A stretch of DNA of 62,503 bases, the filler included. It is 4 parts of 4 records of this genome, joined end to end, with 100 filler letters (N's around TTAATTAATTAA, not from the genome) between each part and the next. Parts side by side here need not be neighbours in the genome. Positions count along the whole stretch, not along the records: positions 47,205 to 62,503 come from SRR31156797_1996; 3 more parts are not named here. One strand, 5' to 3'. Each line of letters begins with the position of its first letter. Position 1 is the stretch's first letter. Below, piece after piece: positions 61,001 to 62,503 of this stretch. The translations under genes and the position numbers were made by a program. Below the pieces are notes generated by a model, which saw only the letters and a program-made list of their open reading frames with translations, had not been told where the DNA came from and searched no databases.

Positions 61001-61489
61001 ATGGTTGAGGTACTTTTGATGTGTGGCGTTAGTGGTGCAGGCAAAACCACTTACTCAAAACAAAAAGAGCAAGAAGGTTATGTAAGATTAGCAATAGATG
61101 AATTAATTTGGGAAGACTATGGCGTTTATGGTGTTGATTACCCTTCGGAAAAATATGCAAAAGTTTCGTCATTATCTTCAGTTAAATTGAAAGAGCTTAC
61201 AGTAAGGGCTGTTCAAGAAGGAAAAAACGTAGTTGTCGATTCTAGTTTTTGGGCTAAAAGTCACCGAGACGCTTATAGAGAACTACTGGCAGCATATGAT
61301 GTGACGATTAAAGTAATCTATCTAAAAGCTGATTATGACACTTTACGAAAACGATTAGCGATCAGAAATAAAGTCCAGACTGCAAATTCCGCTTTTCCTA
61401 TTACAGAAGAAATCCTTCAACGGTTTTTTTCAGGATTCGAAGAACCGATAAATGAAGATGAAGTAGTGATTGAGCAAAAGAATAAATGA
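61001..61489 (+). CDS. P-loop kinase (AAA_33-like)
   Basis: Start revised to ATG 61001 (SD GGAGG); GVSGAGKT, VVDSSFW, FEEP. Confidence 0.82.
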   Translation: MVEVLLMCGVSGAGKTTYSKQKEQEGYVRLAIDELIWEDYGVYGVDYPSEKYAKVSSLSSVKLKELTVRAVQEGKNVVVDSSFWAKSHRDAYRELLAAYDVTIKVIYLKADYDTLRKRLAIRNKVQTANSAFPITEEILQRFFSGFEEPINEDEVVIEQKNK

Positions 61490-61599
61490 AGTAGCATCAA
61501 AATGTTTTTACTCCTTTTCAATACATTTAGTCTTATTACTGTGCAGGACACAAAGGACAGTCATACTAGAAGCAAAACAGTGATTGGCAATTTCTTTTC

Positions 61600-61800
61600 T
61601 TGTTGCATTCTTCGATTAATAAACGGATCAAAAAGCAAGCCGCTGAAGACAAAATGACTATGGCAGCTGTTAAAGACCAAGAATCAATACAAGAAACCGC
61701 CCATTTGGTAAATAGGACGGCAAACAGTAACCAATTTGAGCAATCGAAACCACAAATTACGGCACAAAAAACGATTACTAAAAGACTTGAAGACTTGTAA
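61600..61800 (+). pseudogene. Eroded YefM/Axe-like antitoxin remnant
   Basis: DQESIQETAHL....NSNQFEQS resembles the YefM C-terminal half; no credible N-terminus. Confidence 0.45.
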
Positions 61801-61880
61801 GAAAAATTAAGTATATTCTTCCTCTTTATTTACGTACGTTATAATATGCTTAAGATTTTTAAATAGAAGGAGGAGAAAAC

Positions 61881-62132
61881 ATGGAAGTAATTACACCAAC
61901 GAATGCAAGAAAAAACCTTTATGGAATCATTAAGCATGTTGTGGCTGACAGTCAACCTGTAGAAATTGCGAGTACAAAAGAGGAAGAAAGCGTCAGCATG
62001 ATTAGTAAGAGCGATTGGAACTCCTTACAAGAACCGCTCAACTTACAAAATGTGGGTGTACTTGATCGGATCAAACACTTTGAGAATGAAGAAAGTGAAG
62101 ACTTAGGTGAAATTGATTGGGATAGAATGTAA
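61881..62132 (+). CDS. Phd/YefM-family antitoxin
   Basis: T.ARKNLY, PV.I, V.MIS..DW..LQE; SD AGGAGG. Confidence 0.85.
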   Translation: MEVITPTNARKNLYGIIKHVVADSQPVEIASTKEEESVSMISKSDWNSLQEPLNLQNVGVLDRIKHFENEESEDLGEIDWDRM

Positions 62133-62382
62133 AGATCAAAAAGAATGCTCGCAAAGATTTGTCTAAATTGAAGAGTATCAATCTAACTAGTAAGTTTGAT
62201 GAACTGATCAAAGTCATTAAGGAAAATCCTTTTCAAACACCGCCGCCTTACGAAAAATTACCAGGATTACCTTACTGTTCAAGACGTCTCAATATCAAAC
62301 ACAGGTTGGTTACAGCGTGGAAGAAGAGAGTAAAACGATCACGATTCTCTCTGTTTGGTCACACTATGAACGTGGGATATAA
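62129..62382 (+). pseudogene. Txe/YoeB-family toxin, start lost and frameshifted near 62310
   Basis: VKIKKNARKDL..NPFQTPPPYEKL..SRRLNIKHRLV, then in a shifted frame YSVEEESKTITILSVWSHYERGI*. Confidence 0.82.
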
Positions 62383-62437
62383 TATGCTAAACTATTTCGA
62401 CTCTTTGTCAACAAGGACTGATGAGTCGTACAAAATC

Positions 62438-62476
62438 AAATCTGGGTCAGAATGAATAGCATTCTGACCCAGATTT
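62438..62476. terminator. 17-bp perfect hairpin (terminator or extragenic repeat)
   Basis: AAATCTGGGTCAGAATG-AATAG-CATTCTGACCCAGATTT followed by T residues. Confidence 0.75.
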
Positions 62477-62503
62477 TTGTTATCTTACTTTGATTAATTG
62501 ATT

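Noticed and set aside
62396-62432. CTGATGAG suggesting a hammerhead ribozyme, or an IS end
   Set aside because: No downstream stem II-GAAA core. It forms only a weak CGACTC/GAGTCG inverted repeat and no transposase is visible.

Overview
This window is not one locus. It is four contigs joined by three identical 100-nt artificial spacers (N44-TTAATTAATTAA-N44 at 31727-31826, 40427-40526 and 47105-47204). Taxonomic calls are inferred from gene content and promoter style, not from a database search. Contig A (1-31726, AT-rich, Bacteroidota-like) carries a ~20 kb minus-strand signalling cluster. It runs YfiR-family protein, MCP, STAS, CheY, Hpt, CheA, two CheW, CheR, a His-less kinase, CheD and CheB, then a second module: TM-GAF-coiled coil-PAS protein, CheR, degenerate CheR, stand-alone CheB, TM-GAF protein, SiaA-like PP2C, SiaB, SiaC and a TerB-domain ABCG-type ATPase. 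It is followed by an MMPL protein, polyprenyl synthase, atpDC and glycosyltransferases. Contig B (31827-40426, Campylobacterota, Arcobacter-like) has HU, tRNA-Leu(CAA), an ABC importer-cooC-cooS operon whose CODH has a Cys->Asp C-cluster substitution, a YSC84 protein, a minimal flagellin and cytochrome c553. Contig C (40527-47104, Bacteroidota-like) has housekeeping genes, a 9x7-bp repeat tract and a DUF362 gene broken by one in-frame TGA. Contig D (47205-62503, Enterococcus-like) has a mobile-element remnant, LysR-TDT-ldh, hrtBA-like genes with paired operators, an APC permease, a B12 module (ECF-S, nrdJ, DUF4430) with NrdR and Fur boxes, and decaying YefM/YoeB toxin-antitoxin genes. The best candidate for an undescribed system is the chemosensory / methyl-accepting coiled-coil / SiaABC cascade in contig A, which has no diguanylate cyclase and ends at an ABC exporter. 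The second best is the non-canonical CODH-importer operon.
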